Part shown: positions 38,367 to 51,040 of the stretch, piece after piece
Layout: each line of letters opens with the position of its first letter
How positions within the stretch are numbered: the first letter of the stretch is position 1
Origin: Octopus sinensis
Taxonomy: Eukaryota
Reading direction: 5' to 3'
Length of the DNA stretch: 64,000 nucleotides
Assembly: GCF_006345805.1 (NCBI RefSeq)
Contig: NC_043010.1
Span: 9,114,001 to 9,178,000, forward strand
The notes under the pieces: generated by a model
What the model saw: the letters and a program-made list of their open reading frames with translations, nothing else
The model's database searches: none
What the model was told of the DNA's origin: nothing
Translations under genes and position numbers: made by a program

Positions 38367-38658
38367 GTTTTATATTCAAACTGGCCACATTTAGCTTCTC
38401 ACTACTATCCTACAATGTCATTCTAAAAGTGAAACAGTTACATTACTGAAATCTCAAAGCAACAGGATAATGCATGATTAATTCAAAGCAATATCAATAA
38501 ATAAAGAATACAACAGAGAAATAAACCTGAAAAGTAAAGGTTTAAATGTATGAATAATCAAATATAAACACTGCATATATTTGTATAATTAATTAACTTA
38601 AGTCTTTGCAATAATGAGATGATGGCACAGACCTCTAGAATGGTCTATACCTTTTATC

Positions 38659-39172
38659 AGGAGTGGCTGTGTGGTAAGTAGCTTGTCTACCAACCACATG
38701 GTTCCGGGTTCTGTCCCACTGCGTGGCATCTTAGGAAAGTATCTTCTACTATAGCCTCGGGCCGACCAATACCTTGTGAGTGGATTTGGTAGACGGAAAC
38801 TGAAAAGAAGCCCGTCGTATATATGTATATATATATATATATGTATTTGTGTGTTTGTGTGTCTGTGTTTGTCCCCTAGCATTGCTTGACAACCGATGCT
38901 GGTGTGTTTATGTCCCCGTTACTTAGCGGTTTGGCAAAAGAGACCGATAGAATAAGTACTGGGCTTACAAAAGAATAAGTCCTGGGGTCGAGTTGCTCGA
39001 TTGAAGGTGGTGTGTTTATGTCCCCGTTACTTAGCGGTTCGGCAAAAGAGACCGATAGAATAAGTACTGGGCTTACAAAAGAATAAGTCCCGGGGTCGAG
39101 TTGCTCGATTAAAAGGCGGTGCTCCAGCATGGCCGCAGTCATTTGACTGAAACAAGTATAAAAGAGTAAAAG
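38659..39172 (+). mobile_element. SINE family B with 108-bp internal tandem duplication
   Basis: ggtgtgtttatgtccccgtt at 38901 and 39009. Confidence 0.9.
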
Positions 39173-39483
39173 AGTATGTGACAGCCCCCCCCCCCGTATG
39201 GTATAAACTGATTGACACATAGAAGGGTTGAAGTAGAAACATGACTAAGAGAAACTTGAGAGTAGCAAACGAGCAAAGATAAAAACAAATAACGGTGTGG
39301 AAGAGAAATAAATTAGTGTGAGGAAATGAAGAGTGAAATGGAGAGAGAGAGGATAAGCAAATTTTCATCAGTAGGTAAATAGATGGACAACCACGTATCA
39401 CTATGTCAATCAGACATACTTATTATTTTTCACTTAGATGATATCCCTGAATCAGTTTCTGTTTGCTACACTAAATTCTTTTA

Positions 39484-39820
39484 TCAGCCTCGTCTGGCAC
39501 CTGTGTCGGTGGCACATAAAAAACACCATCCGAGCATGGCCGTTTTCCAGCCTCATCTGGCACCTGTGTCGGTGGCACATAAAAAACACCATCCGAGCGT
39601 GGCCGTTCGCCAGCCTCGTCTGGCACCTGTGTCGGTGGCACATAAAATCACCCACTACTCTCGGAGTAGTTGGCGTTAGGAAGGGCATCCAGCTGTAGAA
39701 ACACTGCCAGATCTGGCTGGCCTGGTGCAGCCTTCGGGCTTCCCAGACCCCAGTTGAACCGTCCAACCCATGCTAGCATGGAAAGTGGACGTTAAACGAT
39801 GATGATGATGATGATGATGA
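39484..39820 (+). mobile_element. Family D repeat with three 63-bp internal units
   Basis: cagcctc.tctggcacctgtgtcgg at 39485, 39548 and 39611; (GAT)n tail. Confidence 0.85.
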
Positions 39821-40420
39821 TTAGTGATTGACTCAGTAATACTTCCCCAATTATTGTGAAGGATATGCTTTCCTGAGAAACTCACAACAAGATTGAAATA
39901 TGCTTGGAGTTGTCTCTCATAACACAGCATATTTTCCTGTAACACTTCATGTATAATAGACCCTTTTTTTCCCACCAAAGTCAAGACTATAGTTGAAGGG
40001 GGTATGGTACATGGTATTTTGGTGGCAAAGCATTTTCTTTGCTAAATTTATAAAGCAAAGAAACATAAATGATAAAATAAAGCTTTATCATTTAATCATT
40101 ATATGTGAATTTACATAGGTGCAGGCATGGCTACGTGGTTAAAGAGTTTGCTTTCTAACAACATTATTTCGGATTCCATCCCATGCTATAACACCTTGTG
40201 CAAGTGTCTTCACTTAGAGCCCTGAGCCATATACATATCTGTCCATCCATCCATACATTTGTGTGTGTGTGTGTGCGTGAGTGGTGTGTGTGTGTGTGTG
40301 TGTGTATGTGTGTAATATATAACCATATGTGGATTGTTGGTGACTTTTATTCCTCCATCTTCCTTTTCTCTTGGACTTTCTTCTGTTTGCCTTTTATTCT
40401 TCAACTTTCCTCCGTCTTTT

Positions 40421-40455
40421 GTTTCTGATGAGGAGCTTTGCTCAAAATGTAAAAC
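40421..40455 (+). ncRNA. Decayed hammerhead-like motif in a PLE-type repeat
   Basis: GTTT-CTGATGA-G-GAGC-TTT-GCTC-AAAA-TGT-A-AAAC: canonical CUGAUGA; GAAA and CGT altered at CpG positions. Confidence 0.5.
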
Positions 40456-41267
40456 TACCTTTCTTTCATTCCCTAAGCATCTGCTAATACTTTACATGTA
40501 GCACGTCCTCGAGTTGTTTTTTCTTGTTTGTTCTTTGTTTTTCTTTTTTGGATTTACTATATGTAAATTGAAATCAAAATCTTTCAACATCAATGGAAAT
40601 TGTAGCTGAGATACCAGTGCCGGTGGCATGTAAGAGAACCATCCGAACGTGGCCGTTGCCTGCGCTGCCCCGACTGGCCTCCGTGCCGGTGACACGTAAA
40701 AAGCACCATCCGATCGTGGCCGTTTGCCAGCCTCATCTGGCACCTGTGCAGGTGGCACGTAAAAAGCACCCACTACACTCTCGGAGTGGTTGGCGTTAGG
40801 AAGGGCATCCAGCTGTAGAAACACTGCCAGATCAGACTGGGCCTGGCGCAGCCTTCTGGCTTCCCAGACCCCAGTTGAACCGTCCAACCCATGCTAGCAT
40901 GGAAAACGGACGTTAAACGATGATGATGATGATGATGATGTATAGTTGAGGTGTATTCCATTAAGAACATATTAGAGTACAAAATATTCAGTGAAAACAA
41001 TGTTTGACCATAGGGAAATATTACCTAGCTTGGGAACATGTTGGGGTTGGCACAAGGAAGGACATCCATCTGTAGAAAATCTGCTCAATAAATTTCGTTT
41101 GATTCATGTATGTATGAGAAAATGGCCATTAAAATGACAATGATGCTGAAATTCTTTTATATAAAATAATTGAAATATTTTTTTATTTCTGATATTACAC
41201 AATATAGAATACTGAAAAATAATGCATTAGATTTTAGTAGATTAACTAGAACCCTAGCAAATTTATG

Positions 41268-41428
41268 GCAGGAGTGGTTGTGTGGTAAGTAGCTTGCTTA
41301 CCAAACCATGGTTCCGGGTTCAGTCCCACTGTGTGTCACCTTGGGCAAATATCTTCTACTATAGCCTTGGGCCGACCAAAGCCTTGTGAGTGGATTTGGT
41401 AGATGGAAACTGAAAGAAGCCCGTCGTA

Positions 41429-41465
<37 letters not shown>

Positions 41466-41696
41466 TGTGTGTATATGTTTGTGAGTTTGTGTTTGTCCCC
41501 CCCCCCACCAACATCGCTTGACAGCCAATGCTGGTGTGTTTACATCCCCGTAACTTAGCAGTTCGGCAAAATAGACCGATAGAATAAGTACTAGGCTTAC
41601 AAAAAATAAGTCCTGGGGTCTATTTGCTCGACTAAAGGCAGTGCTCCAGCATGGCTGCAGTCAAATGACTGAAACAAGTAAAAGAGTAAAAGAGTA
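41268..41696 (+). mobile_element. SINE family B
   Basis: Colinear, near full length. Confidence 0.85.
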
Positions 41697-42171
41697 TATA
41701 CAGTTATTTTCACTATAACCAAATGTTAAAAGAAGGTTACAAGTTATAACTGCTAAATAAGTTTTTAGACAATTTTTTTTTCCCCTGAAATCGATAAGTG
41801 TAATTTACTTAGTCGCATATTGTACATGGTCCTTTATAGTATTTCTGGCTCACTTTTTAATGTTCCATGAATCAAGTATCTTAATAAATTACCTATTGTT
41901 ATTTATGTCAGTGGAATCTCTGAAGTATAATATAAAAGAGTTACACTTAAAGTTTTAAAATGAGTAATCTACAACAATGAGAAATATTCAGAACATATTC
42001 TCCTCTACTATGACTCACGAGGAATTTACTCAGATTTAGAATTAAGCAGGAAACTAGGATTGAACCTGCTTTGTTTGTGAATGTAAATGTTAAAAACAAA
42101 CCCAAAATATTATAGGAAAAATAGACCATAACCAGCATTCCGAAATATTTCATCATTTGTTTTTCTGTTAT

Positions 42172-42550
42172 CTAAAAGTTTGCTTCTCAACCACTTGGTT
42201 CTGAGTTCAGTCCCACTGTGTGGTACCTTGAGTAAGTGTCTCCTACTATAAGCCTCAGGCCAACAAAAGCCTTGTGAGTGGATCTGGTTGAGAGAAACTA
42301 AGAGAAGTCTGTTGTAGATATATAAATATCTATGAATGTGTATGTCTTTGTGTCTGTGTTTGACCCCCACCACTGTTTCATGACCACTGTTATCGTGTTT
42401 ATGTCCCTGTAACTTAGTAGTTTGACAAAAGAGACCAATAAAATAACTGCCAGATTAAAAAAAAAGTACTGGGGTTGATTAGTTCAGCTAAAATTCCTTG
42501 AGGTGGTGCCCCAGAGTGGCTGCAGTCTAATGACTGAAGCAAGTGAAAGA
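42172..42550 (+). mobile_element. SINE family B, diverged
   Basis: Colinear. Confidence 0.75.
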
Positions 42551-43555
42551 GATAAAAAAACAAAAAGCTAAAATCCCTATATTAGAAGAATTGACATAAA
42601 TATGACCTTTTGCAATTATTAAAAGAGTTAAAAAGAACACTAATATACCAGTCCCCGATATAGTAATCAGTCTCTCACAAAGTAAAGTTGTAGAATAACT
42701 AGAAAATGAAACAATAGTATTAGAAATAAATTCTTTCTAGAAGCTTGGCTCTACTTTAACAGGAGTATGAAATAGTGACAAGGGGAAATGAAGAAAAATA
42801 TTGATAAATTTATGAAGTGATCTCTGTTGTTTGGGGTTAGTCTATTGCAGTGATTTATTTGACTCTCAAGACAGTAATTTCAATATAAATTGATATTTTC
42901 TACCATTTGCCAACTCTTTGTATAGAATTTCTATAATATTAATTGAAATTTCCATAATTCTATAGAAGATCTATCAAAGTTTATTTATTTATGGTCATGA
43001 AAGGCAAAGTGACTTGATTTTGAAACTGAGAATGAATGGTTGTGTCGCTGAAATAAGAGCAAAGAGACTGTTTAGAGGTGTGTTTGCTGTAGGATGAAAG
43101 TTGTAGGTTAGTGTTTTATTTAGCTGTGTTCATAGATTGGAATTGTTGTCTCTTCAAGGTCATGTAAAATATGATTGAGTAAAGTCTAGGTTGACTTGAC
43201 AAGATCGTATACATTAGCCAAATTATGCTCCTGATTTCTGCATTGGTGTATGTTGTTTGTTGGCATTGTGCAAAAATAGCTCTGCGGTCACAATGTCCAG
43301 TTGGAAAAGTCTCCAGAAACAACAGAATGTACAATGTTATTAGTGATGTATGTGAATTCTTTGATACATGGATGAGAATGTAGAAAACATTATACAGATT
43401 ATTAGCTTATTGAGGCTGGCCAGATTGGAGCAAGCTCGAGTATAACCAGCTGAAATTGCAAAGATAATCTGGAACTTGACTGAGGATAGGAAACTCTGAA
43501 TGACCCGTCCTTGTTTTCTTTGTATCATCTGTCTGGATGTTTTACGTTCTTGTCC

Positions 43556-43895
<340 letters not shown>

Positions 43896-44301
43896 TACAT
43901 CTTTACCTTATTTTATTTTCTACCAACTTCCGCCTTATCTATTCTACTAATGACATTAGCCTGTTATCTTAATGAAATATTTATATTTGTGTGCCTGTAT
44001 ATTGGCTAAGTTTTTAAACATAAATGATATGACATTTACAAGTACCAATCTAGAACAGAAAAACAGAGAACTAGTATTCCCATGGGACTCGCGTGTCACA
44101 TTTCTCATCTTGTCCTAAATCAGTGTGTATAATTTCCCTACATCATATAATGTTTGCTAATTTTATATGTACTGCCATTAGTTTTGTATCTGAAAGGTGC
44201 TTGGAATGTCAGAAGAGATGGAATGGTGCTAAGCATTTTGATTAGTGTGCTAACAATTTTTCCAGCTCAGTGTCTTAATAATAAAAAAAAAAATAATAAT
44301 G

Positions 44302-44336
<35 letters not shown>

Positions 44337-44340
44337 GATA

Positions 44341-44431
<91 letters not shown>

Positions 44432-44450
44432 TAATAATAAATAATAATAA

Positions 44451-44674
44451 TTAACTGGTACATCACACATATTGAGAAGAGCATTGTCGATGTGAGAACT
44501 GTTGCTGCTCATGTATTTTAATTTAACTTAAAAAATTAAAAAAAAAAAAAAAAATGAACGAACTATTGAGTTTGGTTTAATGGCCTACCAATGTATACTA
44601 TGAGTTTCTTTGCCCTAGGAGTCGGGAAGACACTCGGCAAGAAATGGAAGCAAATTTGAAAGAAGAAAAAAAAA
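44451..44674 (+). mobile_element. R4/Dong-like (RLE) non-LTR retrotransposon, extreme 5' truncation, inside (TAA)n
   Basis: LTGTSHILRRALSM* (44451-44495) plus 3' UTR; (AAT)n on both sides. Confidence 0.7.
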
Positions 44675-44727
<53 letters not shown>

Positions 44728-45642
44728 CTTTTCTACTAAAGGCACAAGGCCTGAAAATTTGGGGACAGAGCTAATCGATTATGTCAACCCCAGTACACAA
44801 CTTCTTATTTCATTGACCCCAAAAGGATGAAAGACAAAGCAGAATTTGAACTCAGAACATAGCTGTTATTCTTTCATTCATCATTGCATTTTAACACTTT
44901 TAACTCTCACAAATACTATCATTTGAGAATATTTCCATGCATTCAACACATGATTTCCAAATATAACAGTTAATAAAAATGATAATTTAATATCCTTATA
45001 ATTGAACTCTCTTTACATCCTAAACAATCCATACCATAACCTCACCTACATACCAACAATCACACTTCCTCAGATAATTACCTTCTTTTCTACACATCCT
45101 GCAACTTTTTTTAGGCTGCAAACTAATTTTCATCATAACACACTCACACACCAATAAAAATAATACGAAAACATTTGTACAAACTTCAAGAATGTCCAAT
45201 GGAATGTGATTCACTAAGAAATAAAATTGAGTTTTTCATACTTCACGAGAATTAACACAAATCTGACAAAATTTTAGATGCTTTCAATAAACATATTCCA
45301 CAAAGTAACATCAAAAATACAACCCTAATCCCACTCTTGAAATAGAATGTACCCTTTTCTTGAAATGAAAAAATTGGCTATGACATTCATGGATTTCATA
45401 TTAAAAGAATGACAAAATATTTTCTTTCTATTCACTGAAACTGATTATGTGGTTTATAACGTAATGCTTTCAGTTATGTTTGATAACAAATTATAAGTTG
45501 TTGGTAAGAACACATCTTAATTCATTTTCATTTAATCATTTGGTTTTGAATTTAGCTTACTTTAATCTAATAAAATTGTAAGCGAAAGTATAGAAGTTGA
45601 ATGCCTTTATGTGCTTGCAAAAAAGGATTTTAAAATGTTATT

Positions 45643-45972
45643 ATGTACCTTGTATGTAAACTGCTGTTGCATTCGAGAAGAGTACAACTATCGAGCGAAT
45701 CTGTAATTAAGATCGTTCTGCTGACCTCCCTGAATAGGGAAGAGCGAGCCTGTTTTCTCTCGGTAGTTGCTGTGGTGAAAGAGGTAGTATGGAAGACGAG
45801 AGTGAAAGGAATTGCAACAGACATGTTCATCTCCAGTCTCGAGCTAATAGACTTTTTTGTTTTCTACATGAAATGGAAAATAAGGCTGGAGAAGAAATGC
45901 CTGTCACAAAGTGTGTTCCGTAAAAGATGGAAGTGTATAGCAAGTATGTTGCAAATGAAAGAACCTGTTTAA
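45643..45972 (+). mobile_element. L1/Tx1-clade LINE ORF2 C-terminal fragment
   Basis: FLSVVAVVKEVVWKTRVKG...LIDFFVFYMKWKIRLEKKCLSQSVFRKRW resembles the C-terminus of Tx1-like ORF2 (recognised from memory). Locally elevated CpG; no splice context needed. Confidence 0.55.
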
Positions 45973-46727
45973 ATGAGAATATAAAAGGAGAAAATCAAAG
46001 TCTTCAGTGTGAGTATGTGGTTTGTGGCACCTTCTCTGGTGGGAAAATACATATAAAAGTTACAAGTTGGAGGTTTCTCTCAATTTCTTCCATTACATTG
46101 TCTTCATATGTAGTACTTTTCTCCTTGTATTTCTTAAAATTTTGTTTTCCATTTAATGTAATTCTAAATCGAAACAAATGTAGGTAGTTATAGCATGTGA
46201 AAATGTTTTTTTTTTCATTTCCCTTATAAAACCTACCTTTTTGTCACCAGCATATTCTGACATCTGTTATATACGTTTTTCTATTTTCCATGGTTTTTTT
46301 AATAATATACCAAGGTATTTATTATTATCTGTAATATTGGTGGAATCATTCTCCTTTAATATTGCTGTTTTAGTTCTGTAATTGTTTTAACCATTAAAAA
46401 TATTCTTCACTGATGAAAGAACACAGCTACCACTGTTATCAGTGTCAGTAAGTATTGTATTCATGGAAGCCATATTGTTAAAAATCCTGCAAGAAGCTGA
46501 AACAGAAAAATAACAAAAGACAAAAGGAAATATTTCCATCCTTGAGGATAGAAGAATTTCAACAAATGTCATTCAATGCCTCTTCTAGATATATTAAGAA
46601 ATAATTCTAGGAACCAACAAAATCTAACTTACATTAGGGAATTCAGGAATTTGTAAATCCAAACAAGAGGGATAAAATATGCAACAACAATAGTAATTCT
46701 ATTAATTTGCTACTGAGGTCCATTCCT

Positions 46728-47155
46728 ATACTCTTTACTCTTTCTTTTTACTCTTTTACTTGTTTCAGTCATTTGACTGCGGCCATGCTGGAGCACCGCC
46801 TTTAGTCGAGCAACTCGACCCCCGGACTTATTCTTTGTAAGCCCAGTACTTATTCTATCGGTCTCTTTTGCCAAACCGCTAAGTAACGGGGACGTAAACA
46901 CACCAGCATCGGTTGTCAAGCAATGCTAGGGGGACAAACACTGACACACAAACATATACACACACACTTATATATATATATATACATATATACGACAGGC
47001 TTCTTTCAGTTTCCGTCTACCAAATCCATTCACAAGGCATTGGTCGGCCCGGGACTATAGCAGAAGACACTTGCCCAAGATGCCATGCAGTGGGACTGAA
47101 CCCGGAACCATGTGGTTGGTTAGCAAGCTACTTACCACACAGCCACTCCTGCGCC
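46728..47155 (-). mobile_element. SINE family B, full length
   Basis: Colinear with 54099-54520. Confidence 0.88.
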
Positions 47156-47279
47156 AATACGTAACAATGTATTACAAAAAGGGGTTACAAACACATATAG
47201 TGGGGTACATAAATAGTTATATAAAATTGAAGTTGGAGACAGGATGTTATTTGATATATTAAGACTTGGTTATATAAAT

Positions 47280-47613
47280 TACAAGAACTACACAAAAGAA
47301 ATATATGCATATGTAAATATAGTGAGAATTTACAAAAAAAACAAAAGATGAAGACGGCTGAGTAAATGACAAAGAGATGTATTAGTTTAACGCTTGGGAA
47401 GTGAGAAAGTTTTATACGTTTCGAGCCTATGCTCTTCGACAGAATAATAATAATAATAATATTCTCGAGCATAGGCTCGAAACGTAAAAAACTTTCTCAC
47501 TTCCCAAGCGTTAAACTAATACATCTCTTTGTCATTTACTCACCCGTCTTCATCTTTTGTTTTTTTTGTAAATTCTCACTATATGCATATATTTCTTTTG
47601 TGCAGTTCTTGTA
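47280..47613. repeat. Near-perfect inverted repeat (155/147-bp arms, 32-bp spacer)
   Basis: Arms 47280-47434 and 47467-47613 differ by 3 substitutions and one 8-nt indel (manual count). Confidence 0.95.
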
Positions 47614-48191
47614 CACAGAACACAGAAATAAACAGGGAGAGAAAATAAAAAAGGTTTAGTGGTTAGCGATCTATCATGGCAAATGCTGCACAGAGGGGTC
47701 ACACAGGAGAGCTAGGAAGAAAGGGACATAATAAAGTAGTGGTGATCCCAAAATGAAGGTGTGCATGCGTGTGTATGTGAGAGCATGTATGTGCATGGGG
47801 AAGGGGGCTGGTGACCTTGATGAGTGCATGAGTGCATGTGTAGGAGTGTGGATGATGATGTGGGTGCTGGAAAGTGGTCAATGCTAGTGTGTGTGGGGTG
47901 GGATGAGATGGGATGTATAGGGATGGTGGGGTTGGAATGTATAGGGGTGGGGTAATGAGGGAGGGGGTAACGATGAAGGGAGAGGGTGGAAGGGAGGTGG
48001 GTATGAGTGAAGAGGGGAAGTAGGTGTCAGAGCAAGAGAGAAGAGGTGGTTGGAAGAAAGTAGGTGTTAGAGAAAGAGAAGAGAGAGGAGGAGGGTTAGA
48101 TGAAGAGGGGAGGAGAGTTGAATCAATGGGGTGCAAAGGAGCGAAGAGTAAACATTAATCCCTGTTCACGGCGAAGACGGGAGTCCAGATG
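47300..48191 (-). mobile_element. Penelope-like element 3' end: GIY-YIG C-terminus, low-complexity UTR, hammerhead-like pLTR
   Basis: 48191-48117 translates HLDSRLRREQGLMFTLRSFAPH*FN (RxxRExxxIxxLxTxxPxGLN-type motif). Hammerhead-like motif at 47415-47442. Confidence 0.7.
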
Positions 48192-48418
48192 GACACTGTT
48201 CTTGGCTGACCCCTAGGTTTCCTGCTGGTTAGCTCAGCCCCAAGAATCCATCTTGTGATTCTTTTGTATGACATTCTAATCTCCATAATATTGAGTTTGA
48301 AACTACTTGAATCCTCTGCACAATTCTCAAAATCTGAGTGAAGCGTGTTACTTTAGTCTACTGGTTGTGGACTGCTGACACTTTGTTAATTTTCCCACTG
48401 AAGTTGCTGTGTTAAATG

Positions 48419-48474
<56 letters not shown>

Positions 48475-48562
48475 TATTATTATTATTATTATTATTATCA
48501 TTATTATTATTATTATTATATTATTATTATCATTATTATTATTATATTATTATTATTATTAT

Positions 48563-49235
48563 CATTGTTTGACACAGGAGTATAAAACTAGGATTGATAG
48601 AGCAGAACAATATTTGCATTGGGTAATGTACAGGTCTTATGGCATAAAGATAGAAGAATAATGGTATAAACATCACTCAGTTGCAGTAATAGGAGTCAAT
48701 AATGTAACAATTCCTCGAGATTTCCTTGTGAATATTGACAGAATGATCAAGGTCCATAAATCCAGTTTAGTTGTGAAGGACTGCAGAAAAAAAATATGCC
48801 TTTTGATTGATATGAGTATACCATCTGACCACATCGTCTGGAAAAGGCTCTGATAGCTCAGTTAATGTAAAGACCTGATAATTAAAATTGAGAAAATGTT
48901 CCATCATAAGGCCTGTAATAATTCCAGTGATAATCAGTGTACTTGGAATGATGTAAAAAAAGAACAGAAAAGTATTTGGAGCAGATACTGGAAAAGCCAT
49001 CCTTGTAAGACATACAGAAAATAGTGCTGACTGATGCTGTACATGTCTTGAGATAGGCATTATCAATTTAAATACCTTGCAAAGACATTTACTGGTTTGT
49101 GTATGCCCCTATGGTGACAGTTGTAGCCCAAATGATTGTTAAATGTGTTGTGTATTACTACATTTTTGTCTCAAGTATCCGGATGACATGCAGCAAAATA
49201 TGGAGAGATGTAGAATTCAAAGGAAGTTACACATA
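48563..49235 (+). mobile_element. R4/Dong-like RLE domain fragment plus 3' UTR
   Basis: EYKTRIDRAEQYLHW...WYKH...DFLVNIDRMIKVHKSSLVVKDCRKKICLLIDMSIPSD is a decayed RHD..HW..WYxH..WD..TD..RPD..KxC.LID restriction-like endonuclease region. Confidence 0.8.
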
Positions 49236-49254
49236 GTAATAATGATAATCAATT

Positions 49255-49530
49255 TGCTATTCTCTATAATAGCAGAGTTGATACCAAAGAAATTGTAAAA
49301 ATTGAGATATATTAAGACCTAGTCAGAGGGCTGAGGAGAATGTGGAAGACCAAGACTTATGATTATTTCTATAGTAATTTGTGCACTTAGCAAAACCTCC
49401 AAAATACTACCAAAAATACTAAGATTGAAAGAAATTGGAACTGAAACTCACTTTGTTGAAAAGTACCACCAACCTATATTCTGTAAGAATCCTAAGAAAG
49501 ATTCTTGAGATTTGAGAAGACTTGTTGTTG
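49255..49530 (+). mobile_element. Second decayed RLE-domain fragment
   Basis: EIVKIEIY*DLVRGLRRMWKTKT...VICAL, similar to EKxxKYxDLxxExxRMW...VIGAL. Confidence 0.55.
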
Positions 49531-49580
49531 TCAAATCTCAACATAAAGCATGTGATAGCAAAATTAACATACAGAAGTGA

Positions 49581-49584
<4 letters not shown>

Positions 49585-49620
<36 letters not shown>

Positions 49621-49759
49621 TAATAATAATAATAATAATAATAATGATAATAATAATGATAATAATAATAATAATAACAATAATAATAATAATAATGATA
49701 ATGATAATAATAATAACAATAATAATAATAATGATAATGATAATAATAATAACAACAAC

Positions 49760-49800
<41 letters not shown>

Positions 49801-49835
49801 TGATAATAATGATAATAATAATAATAATAATAATT
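49585..49835. repeat. (AAT)n microsatellite, imperfect
   Basis: Directly visible. Similar tracts at 44280-44450 and 50275-50428. Confidence 0.95.
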
Positions 49836-50324
49836 TGGGGAGGGGATTATTGATTACATTGAACCTAGTACACAACTGGTACTTATTTCATTGCCCCTGA
49901 AAGGATGAAAAGTAAAGCCACCCATGGCAGAATTTGAACTCAGAATGTAGTGGTGGGTGGAATACTGCTAAGTATTTCGTCCAGTACGTTGATGATTCTG
50001 CTAGCTTGCTACCTTGATTATAATATTAATAGTAATAATAACAATAATAATAATAACAATAATAATAATAATGATAATAACAATAATACTCTTCTCTGTT
50101 AAAGGCACAAGGCCTGTAATTTTTTTGGTGGGGACTAGTCGATTATATCGACCCCAAAAGGATGAAACATAAAGTCAACCTCAGCAGAATTTGAACACAG
50201 AACATAGCAACGGACAAAATACCACTAAACATTTTGCCTGGTGTGCTAACAATTCTGCCAGATCACTGCCTTAATAATGATAATAATCATAATCATAATA
50301 ATAATAATCATAATAATAATAATC

Positions 50325-50359
<35 letters not shown>

Positions 50360-50388
50360 AATAATAATAAATAATAATAATAATAATA

Positions 50389-50425
<37 letters not shown>

Positions 50426-50645
50426 AATTTTGCCTTTTGCAGTCAGAAATTATGCTTGCATCACAAAAAATGTTAGAAGAGTTACAAAAATATCTATAAA
50501 CTTATAAAAAAGTTGTATAAAAACAAGATGATCCAAAATAACATCCAACAAATTAAAACTTAATAAACATTTCTAATTAGATATTACATACTTAGGTAAA
50601 TAAATACTCATACACAAAAGCATACAGATATAGGTGAATAAGATA

Positions 50646-51040
50646 TCTTTATATATAAAAGAGAAGTTGTGTGTCTGTCTCCTATGATTTAGATTCCTAA
50701 CTACTCCCACATTTTGCGGTGCAGTTTAACCAAAACCGGGTATCTTATAGTCGCGATTCATATTGAGCCCTTCTGGGTATTAGCACACGTCTACGATGAG
50801 TCTACGATTTAAAAAAAATTTACCATCATTTTTTTCCATTTTAATGCATTTTTTCGCTATTATATAAGGAAAGTAACTCTCTAAAAATGTCTACGATGAG
50901 CCAACGATTTAAAAAAAATTTACCATCATTTGTTTTCCATTTTTAATGCATTTTTTGCTATTTTTTGGCTATAACTCTCTAAAAATGCTTATATAGTTAT
51001 TTCCCTTACAAACCCGAGCAACGCCGGGTGATACTGCTAG
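50646..51040 (+). mobile_element. Non-autonomous Helitron with ~100-bp internal tandem duplication
   Basis: A|TC...CCCGAGCAACGCCGGG...CTAG|T; duplicated block 50789-50888 / 50889-50986. Confidence 0.85.

Larger units (their letters stand above)
37777..38541. mobile_element. piggyBac-like MITE (TTAA-flanked), split by nested insertions
   Basis: TTAA at 37773-37776 and 38542-38545; degenerate ends cccattaacattta / aaagtaaaggt. Removing 37828-38371 rejoins ctgtttt|atattcaaactggcc. Confidence 0.55.

Noticed and set aside
45630-45870. Minus-strand exon (acceptor ttcatgtag, donor AAG/gtacat) with an open frame
   Set aside because: The peptide is unrecognisable and the + strand is better explained as Tx1 ORF2; it cannot be excluded without RNA-seq.
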